The position numbers and the translations under genes are program-made. The notes below the pieces were generated by a model. It was not told the origin of the DNA and searched no databases. It saw nothing but the letters and a program-made list of their open reading frames with translations. A stretch of 63,929 nt of DNA, the filler included, from Choristocarpus tenellus KU-1152 (taxonomy: Eukaryota > Protista > Phaeophyceae): assembly GCA_964200185.2 (NCBI GenBank). It is 7 parts of 7 records of this genome, joined end to end, with 100 filler letters (N's around TTAATTAATTAA, not from the genome) between each part and the next. Parts side by side here need not be neighbours in the genome. Positions count along the whole stretch, not along the records: positions 23,920 to 37,508 come from CAXNAD020001441.1; 6 more parts are not named here. One strand, given 5' to 3'. Shown here in pieces: positions 23,960 through 37,608 of this stretch (its first letter is position 1; each line of letters begins with the position of its first letter).

Positions 23960-26791
23960 TACAACAATGTATTATATCAAATGAAAGGGTATGACAAGAG
24001 CCTTTGGAGGTTTGTATCCATGAATGTTCAAGGCTTCGAGGAATGGAACCTATGTCCCGATCAAAGAATGGCAAAAACGCAGGGGAATATCTCCGGCGCA
24101 ATTTTGAAGGTCACGACTTCAAAACGGACAAAAATGAAATGGTTGGCTGAACTCCTTGCAAAAGACTGGTCTGGGGCAGGTTGCTGCCCAAGTTTGGCCG
24201 GTGTGGCGATACCGAAAAAAAAACTCAAGATTTCCGGACATCTTTTTAACGCCTTTTGCAGACTTTCTGTGAGCACACACACATGTGACTTACACCGCAA
24301 CATGAACCACGACGGTGAGACAAGGAGAGCCGCTGAGGCCACTCTGCCCCCTGGATCTACCCTCGGCACCTTCTCTGTCAAGAGGCAACGGAAAGGCAAG
24401 TACCGTGTGACACTCAGTGCGATGTTAGGTGTCGAGAAAGTGCGAGTAGTGTGGTGCAGCAGCATAATCGAATAACGAAATGGATCACAGGGCCGCGACG
24501 CTGACTCTGAGAGAAGATGCCTTGAAAGCATTACCGCACAAACGTGGTTGGATATTTAACCACGTTGGAGCACTGCTCTGCAGTCTCTGCCACCTTGGGA
24601 AAGCAGGAAGAGAGCAGTGAGTCCATCACCAGGAGATACAGTGACGAAGTCTGTGGGGAAGCCTGGTCACAGCAGGTGAAGGGAGAGCCGGGGTGTTCGC
24701 CCGAAGGAAAGGTTGGAGAGGAAAGCACCGCGACTGTGTTCCATTGCGCTCAGGAAACGCCTAAGTGAAAACCCGGTTGTAGAATATCTTAGTAGTCGAC
24801 AGTTGCAGCAGGCCCTGCTGTTTAGAAGCTGTGCGAGCCAGAGTGGCTTAAGGAAACGAGAAAGAAGGGGTTAGGGTTGGGCAACCAGAGCTCTGAAACC
24901 CGAAAGAAGGTCGAAAGGGCTCGCAATATGGAGGAGAAAGCAATCATAACAAAGTAGCTGTGTGGAGATTTTTTGATACTGCCAAATCCCTTACTTAGAA
25001 GAGGTCGCGAAGAAGGTGGAGGTAGCCATCGACAAAGACACCAGGAAAGAAGACGAGGTGAGATTGAGACTATTTTGCACACTAATGGTTTGGTGTCTCC
25101 TGTTACAGGCGCTCCTTGATGCTCACCTTCCCAGGATGTACAAGTCAAGTCCAATTCACAGATAATTGAAAGTCAGCTCAGCTGAACAAGGGTACTCTCG
25201 AATCAATCAGTATAAGAAAAGCATATAAAGTTTGACATCAGAATAAGAGTGAGCTATGAGGGTCTTTTAGGTCAGAAGAACTGAGCCGTTTTGAGCCGTT
25301 TTTAGGAATTCTAGTCATCATTTGCCGTTTGGGGTTTTTCGGGTTTGCAATACTGGCATATACTCGCGTGTATCTGAGAACCCTTTCCAACCATCCATCC
25401 ATGACCCTCTGCAACTACCTGAGTTACAGTTTATTCTGCAACTTTTAGGCAAATCGGAGTTTCCCCTTTTGGGGTTCCCCACGCGTGTATACTGCTCGCG
25501 CCAGTAAAAGCGGGGGAAAAATACTCGCGCTATTCGCCTGTAACACTCCCACTTCTTGCAAGATGCCGTACATTCACTTTTGTTCCTGGACTTGGGGTTG
25601 GACGTATAAGGTTGATTAAGGCTTTCTCCCAGTCTGAATTCATTCGAGAAATCAACACAACTTTCGATCAACTCAAGCCTGTCCTCCCTTACCCTTTCGC
25701 CTTGATGATAAAATATCACCCGTCCAGGAAACACAGACAACGCACATTTCTGGCGCTCAACAAGGACATGTGATAGTTAAGACCCTAACACTGTGAATTC
25801 CTGTACGTGTGTATGAACAATGGGAAAGATCGTCAAACAGCGCTCGAGATAGCAGCAGGATATGCGATGGTCAGGCTGGAAACTGTGAGTAAATGGGAGA
25901 AAGACTTCCTAACTAAGGGTCGCATCAAGGTGTCGGAGCAAGCAGGGCGCTATGAGAGGCGTTTCGTCCTGGGCCTTGACGAGGACATCCTTGCCGAGGT
26001 CAAAGAGTGGGTACGCAAACACACAGGAGGAAAGGGTAGGGAGACTTTTTTCCTGGCTAAATCCTATACTTCAATCAAGTAATAGTGCATCTAAGAGCAG
26101 ATTTCAAGAATTGAGGATGGAGCATTTCATTGAGGATGGGCTTGACCCAAAATTGAATGGGAGAAAGTGTCGATATGTTTTTTTTTGTATTTGGTTGTGA
26201 CTGTGCAATTTGCCTTGGGAGGTAATGCTATTTATCAGTAGTGAAGACAAGAAGGTGTGAAGCCTCACACGATCCCCCTTGCTGGACGTTGAAAGAACGG
26301 ATGGAATTAGAAGAGTGACCTTTCTGGGGTGTCTTCTCATTGCTTGTTTTATTATTATTTGTGTCTCATATATAAGTCAAAACGATTATGTTAATTTAAT
26401 TGAATGCAGAATAAAAACCCATACATATTCCCATTCATAATCCGAATGTACTATCTCATTGGTTACATCTCTCATAGACAAAATAAGGTACACCTCACTA
26501 TTGGATGTACTATCTCCTTGGTTACATCTCTCATACACAAAATAAGGTACACCTCACTATTCTCCTATTTTGCACAGTCACTCTTGATGATCTACAATCC
26601 AGGGTTCGAACCCCAATGTATTTGACCGGTCTTTCTTCAAGAAAAGAAAAAAATGGCGCAAAACCGAAGTCTGTAATCTGGGGGTCCTTGTAACGGGCAT
26701 CACGAAGATGCTTTTATTTTTTTAATCCGATGTATACCTCCAAAGTTATGACGGGACAACCGGAGAGGGCGAAGGTACAGGTACGACTATA
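23960..26791 (+). mobile_element. Degenerate Tc1/mariner-like transposon, copy 2, with an internal insertion of about 830 bp
   Basis: Colinear with 15740-17240 except for 24911-25740 and about 26090-26570. Fragment 25807-26082 (ETVSKWEKDFLTKGRIKVSEQAGRY...DEDILAEVKEWVRKH) resembles a transposase HTH region. Right end is ggtacgactata. Confidence 0.65.
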
Positions 26792-27465
26792 CAAATGAAA
26801 AATTTCATTTGATTTGGTAATGAAAAACACTACGGACAGAAAATGGCGAAATAGATAAAACTCTCCGATAGATAATTTCATTTTGTGCAGAAACTCTAAT
26901 AAACATCATTTTAATATATCGTAGAAGACTTTCTGAACATGTCGGAGAAACCCGATAACTTTCAAATCCAAGAAAAAAAAATCAAATGCTCCATCTGTCT
27001 TACTATATTGAATATCAACATCATAAGTTCATATCATTACAAAATCATGTTTGCCATTGCACATTTATTTAGATAAGGTGGTTGACCAATCAAATCTGCA
27101 TTATAATGGTCTATATTAAACCCCATCTGCAGTCGGAGTATTTGCGGAGAGATCTGGATCATGGTGACGAAGATTCTCTTGTGGATGGAGAGAGAATGGA
27201 GGGGTGATACAACCGAAGATAATGAGATATGATTTCTTCTAAGATGGGAGAACGAGTTTTTGGAAGGGTAACTGTACAGTTAAGTCCTACAAAAAAATGA
27301 AAAATATAATACATAATTTGAAGTTTTTTGGAAAGTATCAGAACAGGAATAATACATGGAACCATTGTCATACTCAAAACTTTGGTCAAAATCCAAGTTC
27401 CCTCTTATACAGTGAAGTAATACCCCTCTCATCCCCACCACTACCCTTGTTTCTGTGACTGCAAA

Positions 27466-30400
27466 ATGAAGGGTGGTGGTTCGTTTTGCTTAGCTGCATT
27501 GTGCTTCGCAGCCACCGTGGTAAAGGGGAGGTGAGAAACAGACTAGGGCGTTCAACATTATTTACCTCAAAATGTGCATCGTTAGAATGAACGTTTGACC
27601 TGTATGCCACGCTCTTTGATGTTTTGGACCTGGCAGGTCTTGTATAGAGGTAGGAGAATCAGGATGTGGCAGTGACGATACACTCTGCTGTGGTGACATA
27701 GGATTGAATCAGGGTACCTCATGCTTCGAGGCTACGTGCAACGCTGAATGCTCCGCTGTCGCGGATTATCTCCCTGTGCCATACCCCCTAACAGGAGATG
27801 TGACTCTCACGGTTCCCGACGAGGTGTTCTGTGACACGATGACGGATATCCATGTCACGGGTGGGACGCTTACTATCAAGGGCCAAGGCACCAACGTGAA
27901 GTGAGACGTAGTTGCAACGCGGGCCATGTAAAAATCGAAGAAAACTCTGGTTTAGAGTTGCTTTTCCATTATTCCGTTGGTAAGTTATACTTCCAGACAC
28001 ACAGGAAATGACTCTCTACTTCTTATATTAAGCCCTCTTACGCAGGGCTGGTTTAGATCCTGCATACTGGTGCAGTAGATCACATTTCTGACTCGTAAAT
28101 ATCCTTCTGTTGATCGCTGGACTTTCCTCAGACTTCAGTTCAATGCCATCTGCATATATTTTTGTGGGGAGGTGTTTCCACGCTGTATGCTTACCATTTC
28201 CCTGTCCAGTTCATGAAATTGTTCTACCTGACATCCGTCGCTTTTGGTTACAGGCTTCTATGCCAATGTTTCGCCCCCCACGTATGATACCACTCATGAC
28301 CCGCAGTTTCAGGAAGATCAGGTTCATTGTCGAAGACCAGGGGTCGATTGTGTTCGATATTGAGGAGACTACTTTTGGTCCAGGATCAACTGATGAGGTG
28401 ACTTTCTGGCAGGCAATAAGAGGGTCAAGGCAGATGCAGTGAATGATCAACAGAGGAAGAGGAGGAAGATCTTATCATTTCGATTATACCCTACATTCCA
28501 CCGCCTTCAAATCTCTGCCTTAGATCTACCCATTAGAGTAAGTGAGAATCCTGTCGTTGTAGGCAATGAATACTTGTCATCTTACTCCTTTTCCAAATGA
28601 TTCTGATTCCAGGAAGACAGCAGTGGTTACACGCTTGAGATTCAGAAGGGCGGATCAATGAGGTTCACGGGAGACGTGATTGCCAAGGAAGTACGAGATG
28701 TTCGATCGGTCATCGGCAACTACGGAGAGCTCGAGTAAGACTCTTTTATAGCACACTTGATGGTAAACGCATCCTGTTCATGAGAAGGCGCTGATTTGAT
28801 TTGAATGATGTGAAAGTAGGGTCCAAACTGCTCACTCCTGTATTCTGTTTCTTGTCAATCGCTAGATTTCTAGTGTTTAACTTCTATCTCTATCAGTGTG
28901 TAACCCCAGCAAACTGCTTTCCTATTCCCTCTTCACCATCGTTTTCATACTTCCATGCCTGCATCAGCTTCGAAAAGACAACCCTGTTTGAGGAGAACGG
29001 CAACGTGATTCGGGCCAACTTTGCGGGGAATATCCGGTAAAGGAGGTCCCCATACCGTAGGGCTCTTACGTAGGGGTTCATACACGCAAAGACAAGTACA
29101 AAAACATGTTTGGGTAGCTAAGAAGTGGTATTTTTTGTCTTCCCTGTAGAGTATTGCCATGTTGTAGAAAGAACCTTGGTTGGAAATTGGGAGTTGGAAT
29201 CACCCTTTCAGGGCCCTGAGGTTTGGGGAAGACGCACTCCTGGCCAAGTACCTCTACCTGACTAGACCTACACAATTCAAGAATACCTAAGTTTGTTTCT
29301 CTCACTTCCAGATCTCTTTCACTGCATGTTTCTTTCTGATTATTGCAACAAGGAGACACTTCAATTGATCACTTGGCCCGATCTACCTGTGTGCAGGTTT
29401 GGTGGGAATGCAGCTTTCATTGGGAACGACTTCCTTGCTGTTTCCAATGAAAGAATCCTCATTGAGCCTGGAAATTTGGAAAGTGGATTTATTGGAGGCA
29501 CCGTCACGTAAGTTTCAGGCCTTCTGGAGGATAAGTTAGTACAAGGTCCATGAATGGAGGAAGCCGTCATGGTAGCACTTGTTGCGATCTTTTCGTCGAG
29601 CTTCAAATGTTCCTTCATATTATCGAAATTTTGACTACAAGGTGGTTGCTAACATGTTGAAGTTGTTGGAAATGTGTACTGCTAAGGTTGCTGATTTTGA
29701 TCCACAACTCAAACTCTTTATTTCTGCTCTCTCCTGCTGTTCTTGTTAGATTTGAGAAAAAATCGTACTTCGAGGACAATGCTGACAATTTCAATGGTGT
29801 AAGTGGTGCAGCTGTCTTCAACTGTGAACAGTGCACCACCATGTGAGCTGGAAGATCAATGCTTTGGGTGTTCCGACTGTTTTGCAAGTTGTTCAGGGCC
29901 TGATCAAGAACTTCTTTTGGGTGCTTGGGAGCTGATATTTGTAGAGGAGTTTATTTTCCCAATGCAGTGTCTTGTTGCAAACCTCTCATCGAGAAATGCT
30001 TGCCCTTGAAATTGTTCTGCCTGACAACTCATGAGAAGTCTAGCAAAACACTTTTACCACCCCTGGACATTTGTGTCTATTTTCCATTGTCCTGCTTGTT
30101 TTTCTTTGAGCTTCTCCATCTGTTACACTGTGCCTCACTTGCAGCCTTATGAGTGCATCTTCCACTGCCTCTACTTGGTGACCTGCTCCTGGACCTCATC
30201 TCACTTCAGGCCTTCGCCTCTATTGTCCTCTGACTCTCAGTTATGTCCAATGCTATCCTGCTTTGTTGGAATCTTTTTGTCTCATCCACTTTTGTTTGTA
30301 TTTTTTTTTAATGGTCCCGGTCTTGAACTGTAACATTCAGTTTCAAGGGAAAGGCCACTTTTGTCAACCATAATGGAGATGAAGGAGGGGCAGTTGCTAA

Positions 30401-32486
30401 CCGGGGAATCATGAGGTGAGATCGTTGGTGATTGCTTGCAGGCTCATAATAGGGACAACTTTCTCAACGTTCCTACGAATACCCTTCTCTCTTGTTCAAA
30501 CAGAATTGACATCCTGCCATGGCCATGACAACTCAATACCTGACTCTTCTGGCCTCTTGTACAAAACTTAGTGTAGGTGTTAAAGTGGCTTCTAAGCAAC
30601 AAAATGAATCGCAATGTTTGGATCGTAATAAAAAGTTAAGAATCGTTGCTACGTACGCATCGTCGTTACTGTTAGGGCTCGAACGCAATGCAAGAAGTAG
30701 TCAGTGGATGTTTCACACTTGGAGTACATGGGGCATAGTACCACCTACTATCTTGCTCAACAATGCCTTCCATCTGCACTCCACCTGATACCCCTTTTGT
30801 CAGTTTTGAAAAGAAGGCAATATTTACGGGAAATGATGCCAACGAAGGTTCTGGAGGGGGTGTTTCCAACTCTGGAGAGCTCACGTGAGTTGGTGCAAGT
30901 TACTTTGTGAATGTTTTGAGTCCTGCGTGTACAACATGGGAACACACTTTGTCCTTGCCCTTGAAATGAACTTTTTTTATCACTGATAACAATTGTGTAG
31001 ACAGATTATAGTCCCTCCTGTGCCCTACACCCCTGAACCTCGACCACACTCACCATGCTCACCCGCTGATCTTTTCACAACAGGTTCATGCGCAATGCAG
31101 TGTTCAAGAAGAACTTGGTCAATAACAATGGTGATGGCGGTGCACTAGCAAACTTTAATGACGGCACCATCACGTAAGCTCTTCGCAAGTCTCTGGTATG
31201 TAGTGCTGCCACTGCAGTGTTACGTGTCAATATGAAGAGAGTTTAGTAGATGCAACCCTCCTCAGCAAAAGGTATCATTCCGCTGTAGCCCTCACAATCA
31301 ACTCGCCAACACCATTGCAGTAAACAAAAGTTCCCTATCTTGTCATTGTGTGGATATACGCCACTCTTAGTATGCTGCTGCTGCTCAGCACAGGTGACTT
31401 CAGCCCTTTCCTGGTGCTGGTTGAGAAAGTATGGTTCATTCTGCCCATGTTCTCAGGACATAGAGAGGCACCTTGATGTTTGTTAGATTTGTAACGCCTT
31501 GTTGTTGTGTGGCTGTTGGGTGTAGAGTATTTTCAACTTCTGTGACTGCTGCATCATATGCAGAATGTGATGCTCTCCCTGTGTTTATTTTTGAAAATGA
31601 TATGTGTCTCCTATGTAATAGTATATTAGTATATTCGCATATATTTGTAGTATTAGTAGTGTACTCCAGAGTAGAGTGTAGAAAGGGAAAATTTCATCTG
31701 TTGCTAGGCAGTACTAAATGTAGGCCGCAGGTCTGAAAAGTGTCTACATTTGTAAGTGGAACGTTCTGGTTTGCGCAACAGATTTCAGTAATATTTTGTT
31801 TGATCTTTTGCCCTCTCCTCTGCTGATTCTTTCCTCCAACTAATGATAAACCCCACCCTTTCTTTCCTGAATGTGTCCGCATCAAATAGATTTGAAGGCA
31901 GATCAAGGTTCAAGAAGAATGTTTCCCCCATGGGCAGTGGAGGTGCCATCATCAATGTCACTGGTGGAAAAATTGTTTTCGCAGGCAGCGACCCCATCTT
32001 CAAGTTCAATGTTGCCTCGGTGAGGAAGTGTAAGGTCGTACCAGAGTCCTCAGCACAAAGTTGTGCGGTTGTATGAAGCAGTAGTAGCATTGTATTATGT
32101 TGTTTAGAAACTGGGGATTAACCACACGCTATATTAGGACTTCACTGTATGGACGCCTGCACTCCACAGTGATGATGTTAGCGATGAACTTGTTTGCGGT
32201 GATGATTCGCCTCCTTATCTTGTGTCAAGTTCAAAATGAGTTGGCGAGATATTTTCATGTTTTATCAAGAAAGTAACAATTAGGTTGAACATCTCATTGT
32301 AGTATGTATGTGCTTTGATATCAATGAGAGTGAACTAGTCTCTACAATATATTTTTTTCTTCTTAATTTCTGCCCTGTACCTATTTGGTGGATTGCTTTT
32401 GACAGGCCGGTAACTGTGCGGACATCTTCAACGATGATGAATCCACCATTGAGGGATTTGATGGTGACATTTGCAATCTACAGTGA
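27466..32486 (+). CDS. Complete secreted protein (423 aa): signal peptide, Cys-knot-like domain and Pmp/POMP-type right-handed beta-helix repeats (adhesin-like)
   Basis: 12 exons, all GT-AG and phase-consistent: 27466-27530, 27637-27900, 28307-28397, 28613-28734, 28968-29036, 29397-29507, 29750-29842, 30341-30415, 30804-30884, 31084-31173, 31890-32019, 32406-32486. Total 1272 nt from ATG to TGA. Hydrophobic N-terminus MKGGGSFCLAALCFAATVVKG. Repeated FxxN and GGAV/GGGV/GGAL/GGAI motifs. Confidence 0.88.
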
Positions 32487-33399
32487 TGAATGATCCCTTA
32501 TAAGCTCAAGAAACAAGGATGTTTTGATATGGTCACTATTTCGGTTGATTTTTGCATTTGTTCCATGTCTTTTGTTCTGTACATTAATTGAGTGAGAACT
32601 GAACAGTTTGTCTTCACTATAATTCTAGTTTCATAGTGTGTTTATGGTTTATGTTTTCATAGAGAACATAGGTGCAACCATTTGTCTGGGACATTGTATC
32701 ACACATTCTATCACCATGAACCTTTCGTATCAGGTAGTGATGAGGTATCTCTGGTCGATTTTGTTGACTTACAGAGGATGTTATGTTGCAGTAGATGCAA
32801 ATAATTGAGAACACATTGGGCTCTCCTGAGCCTATAAAATAGATGCCGCTTAGATGTAGTACTTAAATCGAGTTCTTCATTTGCAACATGATAACTTTCC
32901 ATATTAGAGTTGGTTGTAGGCTTCTATTTGCAGTAGGCGGGTGAAACACGGGCACATCACTCATCATTGCAAGTAAAGTATTTCATTTATGTAGATTTAG
33001 TATTGGCATGGGTTAATATGTTCCTACTGTATTGGCCATGGAATATTGAATCAATTCATTTTATCCTCTGATGCCATTGTATGGAGCACATTGAGTTTGT
33101 AAGTTTTACTTTCCCCTATTATCTCATTTATCATTGGTATGATTCTGTGACCACTTTGAGATGAGGAAAACTATTCTATATGGAACGAATTCTTCTGGTT
33201 TTGTTTTCATTGATTCACCGGGAGGAGATTTCCCTGCAACGATCAATGGTGATGTGGACTGCATGCCCTAGGACATTGCTCACTTGTTCCCCTGTATACA
33301 TACAAAGAAGGATTGATAATATGGGGGATACCATTGAGAGTCCGGGCTTTAATGCTGTGGTACTTCATTACGACAGATGGACTTGCTATATTTGATTAT

Positions 33400-34940
33400 G
33401 TGATACGGAAAATGTGTCATCATAATGACACGACAGGCGTATGTGTTCCTTGATGTGCACTCTTTAGAGGATGCACCCTTGTGTCATTGTCGTGGTCTCT
33501 ACCCAATACTGAATAGGTGAGCGCAAGAGGTGGTGCCGTACATTGCTCCATGCACGTGTTCGTGAGTCAAGCAAATTGAGAAGTGGGCAGGTTCGGGGTC
33601 TTGTGCACATCAAGACATCTTACCTTGTGCAACACACTCCAGTTCATTGCTTTAGGTTAACAAAGTGTACAAGAAATTGATAGTCCCCCCTTCCACACAT
33701 CAATGACACAATTTACGAGAGGTCTTTTCAGCGGTTGTACGAAAGGCGTATGTGCCTCTCTCGAGATCCTTGAAATGCAGCACTTCCCATCTCTCAATTG
33801 GTAAAGCTCTCATGTAGATACCATCACTGTACATAAAAGGATCCATTCAATAGAAACGTAATGCCATCTGCTCTGAAGTATGTATTAAATTGGAAGGTTA
33901 TGGTTGATGAGTGATGGGCCTGTGATAAAGGGAGAAGATCGATGGGAATAGAACAGAGGTTTGTGGTATAGTGCACTCTCTTGGAGGGTATGTATAGTGT
34001 ACATCATGTCTAATGTGCAGCATAGGAGGTGGAAACCACGCTGCTCCCCACGAAGGGTATTCTACCGTTCGTTCCAGGTGACTTCACTAGCGTATACCAC
34101 CAAGGACATGCCTCTGTAGTTGCCACAATCCATCTAGCCTTTATTCTTGCCTGGTTCCACACAGCCAAACACCATCTTCAAACCTTAGAGGATAGCTACA
34201 CCCTCCTGTAGGCCAAGGTTTATGAGATCAACCGGAAGATTGTCAAGACCCATAGTCTCCCAATTTTCCATTGCCTGGGAGTGCTTCAACCACTTCCATC
34301 AACATTAGAGGAGTTTCAAGGGCCTAGACGTGGGTCGTTGATCGAGGACTACAGCACTATGGTCAAGACCAACCGACTTGGTAATAAGGAAAAACTTTGC
34401 AGTACCTCTTCCACCGTTCCATGATGGATACTTGCTCCCTGAGTAGATTTCAGACTCACCACATGCATGTTGAGAGGCATTCTGTCTGGTTTTCTCAATA
34501 TTGAAGATTTATGGGTGTTGGTAGAAACCAACTTGGTCTCCAAGGTGAATAAGGTCTTCCATCTTCCTGGTGAAGGTGTCAATAAACTCCTACAAGGCAG
34601 ACACCCTTACCCGTTTGAGGAGTTTGCCAGTCTTCTTCAATGCCTTCCCAAAAGTGACATTTTGGGTCGGACTGTGCGGTGTTATTTCCGCACACTTTCC
34701 CATTCCTATTAGACTTCCAGAAGGTTTGTTTGGACTTGGTCACGACCTGCTAGTGCCTGAATGCGTATATGTTGCTTTGTCTGTTTTGTTGCTGCCAAAG
34801 CGAAGCTACATGCCAATGTTTCTGCGCAAGACTTATTGTGGAGATGTCCTTGCGCAAGTTTCAGATCAGCTCTTCCAAGTCTTATCAGACAGATCTAGTA
34901 AAGCTCACGCGGAGTCAGTAGACTAATCCCTCCCCTACAA
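33400..34940 (-). mobile_element. Probable decayed retroelement fragment
   Basis: Intronless coding-like composition on the minus strand with many stops and frameshifts. No diagnostic motif confidently identified. Confidence 0.25.
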
Positions 34941-35862
34941 TATGTCACAGTATCCTTTCGTTTGTCACTCCTACTGCTACACGATGCGGATTATAATTTA
35001 GCAGCAAATTCGACGGATGACACGATTTGTAGGTAAATTATGTATCTACGATTTTGTACCTGTTTTGTAACTACCAAAAAAGAAGAGCAACAGCCATTTT
35101 TACATTTCCTTGTACACAGGTGGCACGGCCTACAGGTGCTGAAATAAACGTAAAAACTCTTCTTTGGCAGAGGTTAGGTGCCTATGTATTTGCAGAGGCC
35201 CCCATGTATGAACGTCCATGTGCGAATGTACTAATGGGGCTACCTGCAGGTGCCTGAAAATGTACCTACTGCTTCGTACCTGTATTGTATCTGGCAAAGA
35301 GTGAGATAAGCGTCAATCAATCATTTTATGGAATTCTCCTTTTGCGATTTCGTCCAAATTGAAATGGTAACACGACCTGTAAGCGCCTTTATAGTGTATA
35401 ACTACTATACCCAACCTGCTTTGTCACTGCAGAAGAGGCGATAGTTGCATATACATTCGAGGCAGTCCTCGTGTGGCGTTATTTTGTTGTCCTTCGCAAA
35501 ACCATTAGGAATTACGTATCCCCAGAGACAGGACTCTTGGCCAGCTTGTTCAACTTCCTGTGAATCATTTCTAGATTCTTGAGTTAATCCTGGTGATACC
35601 GTATGTTCAGGGTGCAAGCACTGTAATCCTTGTCTGCTGCAACGACTTGGGCCTCTGCATCCTCGGCACATTCACAAATTCAAAACTTTATGTTCTAAGA
35701 TGGGATTCAAGGTTGCGTTGTAGCACGATCAGGTTCCGATTTTTCCTTTCATCAGTGGTCGGGCCGTATATGCTGCCTTGACCGCGGAATCTCGACCTAA
35801 GTCAACCCAATTGAGAATTAGGCAGGTCCGTACCATACTGAATTCTAAGCCATCTTTTTTGC

Positions 35863-36119
35863 GACCCGAAGCATTTAAGAGGGTAGGGCCTCGTCCGTTC
35901 GGGGTGATAAATCCCATTTTGTAATTTTGATTAGTATTGACTATCGTGTTTGTTACGAAGTGTCAATGTCCTTGCTCCGGACACACCTTTCATACTCGTG
36001 TACATTTTAGGTAACTGTGTTCACACAAAAAACGAAAAAAGCCCCAAAAAGCTAGTGGCAAGCCAAGCCCCGAACGGAAAAATAGGGAAAAACTCCTAGC
36101 CTCTTAAATGCTTTGACCC
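35863..36119. mobile_element. MITE family B copy with 3-bp TSD (TGC)
   Basis: TIRs gacccgaagcatttaagagggtagg ... cctagcctcttaaatgctttgaccc; tgc on both flanks. Confidence 0.8.
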
Positions 36120-36463
36120 TGCCCTGTACAATGCACTCTATAATAATAATTTATGTGCACAATAGTTCAAACAAGATTGATATTTCCCTTTTGCACACAA
36201 ACTCACACTACTCTTCAGCAAACGCCCTTTATGCAATTGCACAAAATCGCATCTTCTTACTCTTTTTCGGAATCCTTAAAATGTAACCCTGCCTATCTTC
36301 AGTTTGTTTGACTCTCTGGAGAGGTGGCTACCACATACGCAAGGTAATGTCATGTGACTCTGGGAGCACTCCTGGTTGTGAGAGACCTCCAGGTGAGTTA
36401 AAGAACTTGGTTGGAAATTCCTTAAGTCTTTGATCCAGAGTTGATTATGTGTACTTTGACTTG

Positions 36464-36822
36464 CAGAGGGGAACCCACGTCTTAGGGAACCACCACTGCT
36501 ATATCGTTTTCACTTCTTAAAGGTTGTGGTTAATTTTCACACACACAGGTCAGAGTCAGGGCTAGGGTTAGGTTTACGAAAATGTGTGTGAAAAAGTAGA
36601 TGAGAGATTACAGTGATGGATCCTCGAGAGGTGTGGCGATTTCAGTGCACACTGCACTCCTGCGCCGCAATTTGAAACTTCTCCCAGAAAATTACCTTAG
36701 CTGATTAGGATTGTTAGGGTAAGAGTTTGGGCTGACGTTGAGGTTAGGTTTTCGAAAACACGTGCGAAAAAGTAACAAAAAAATCACATTGGTGGTTCCG
36801 AAAAGGGGAGGATTCCCCCCTG
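36464..36822. mobile_element. Putative TIR element carrying TTAGGG-like motifs
   Basis: Imperfect inverted ends cagaggggaaccc...ggaaccacca / tggtggttcc...gattcccccctg. Internal duplicated ggttaggttt.cgaaaa blocks. Confidence 0.4.
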
Positions 36823-37508
36823 TGCACTACAACGTAAAGTATGACATGGTGGCAGATCACGAACACCAGTGATCCGGGTACAGCAAAGAACAACAGAAAC
36901 AAGAATAAGTGCTACCATCACCACCACGGCCACCTAATATAGGATCTACACGACAACTCAGATTCAAAAAGCAAATTGACACCTTGTGAAGCAGGAGATT
37001 TTCCATGCTTGGCCACAAGATCATCTTCCCATGATGAGAGGGTAACTTTGAGTCAAACCGAGAGGTAGACAGGACTATATTAGAAGGATCCTGAGAAATG
37101 GAAAAAATATGCCGTTTTGTGCAATCGAAGAAAAAAGGGTTGCTGAATTGTGGTGTAACTTTGTGTGTGTACAGGGGAAGATCAATTTTACTTACACCAT
37201 TATGTATACAAAGTGATTAAGTAGAGTGTATTGCACAGGGGTAGCGAAAATGACGTGGGATATAAAATGGTTCAAACCTGCCTTCCTCTCCACTGGTTTG
37301 AACCTTTGAAGTTATGGTTCGCAGTACTGTCCCTTTTCTCTGATGTAACAATTTGTTGGGCAGTTTGGTGTGACTAGGTCCCCCTTTCACAAGAATTGAT
37401 TATGAGCTCCTCTCTTCATAAGACCTCTCCTATATCTCTTGAGCAGGCTGGTACATTATCCCATCAAAATCAGTTTTATATTAACTGAACGTATCTGGGG
37501 GGGAGGGG

Positions 37509-37608
37509 NNNNNNNNNNNNNNNNNNNNNNNNNNNNNNNNNNNNNNNNNNNNTTAATTAATTAANNNNNNNNNNNNNNNNNNNNNNNNNNNNNNNNNNNN
37601 NNNNNNNN
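37509..37608. other. Artificial contig linker
   Basis: N44-TTAATTAATTAA-N44. Confidence 0.97.
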
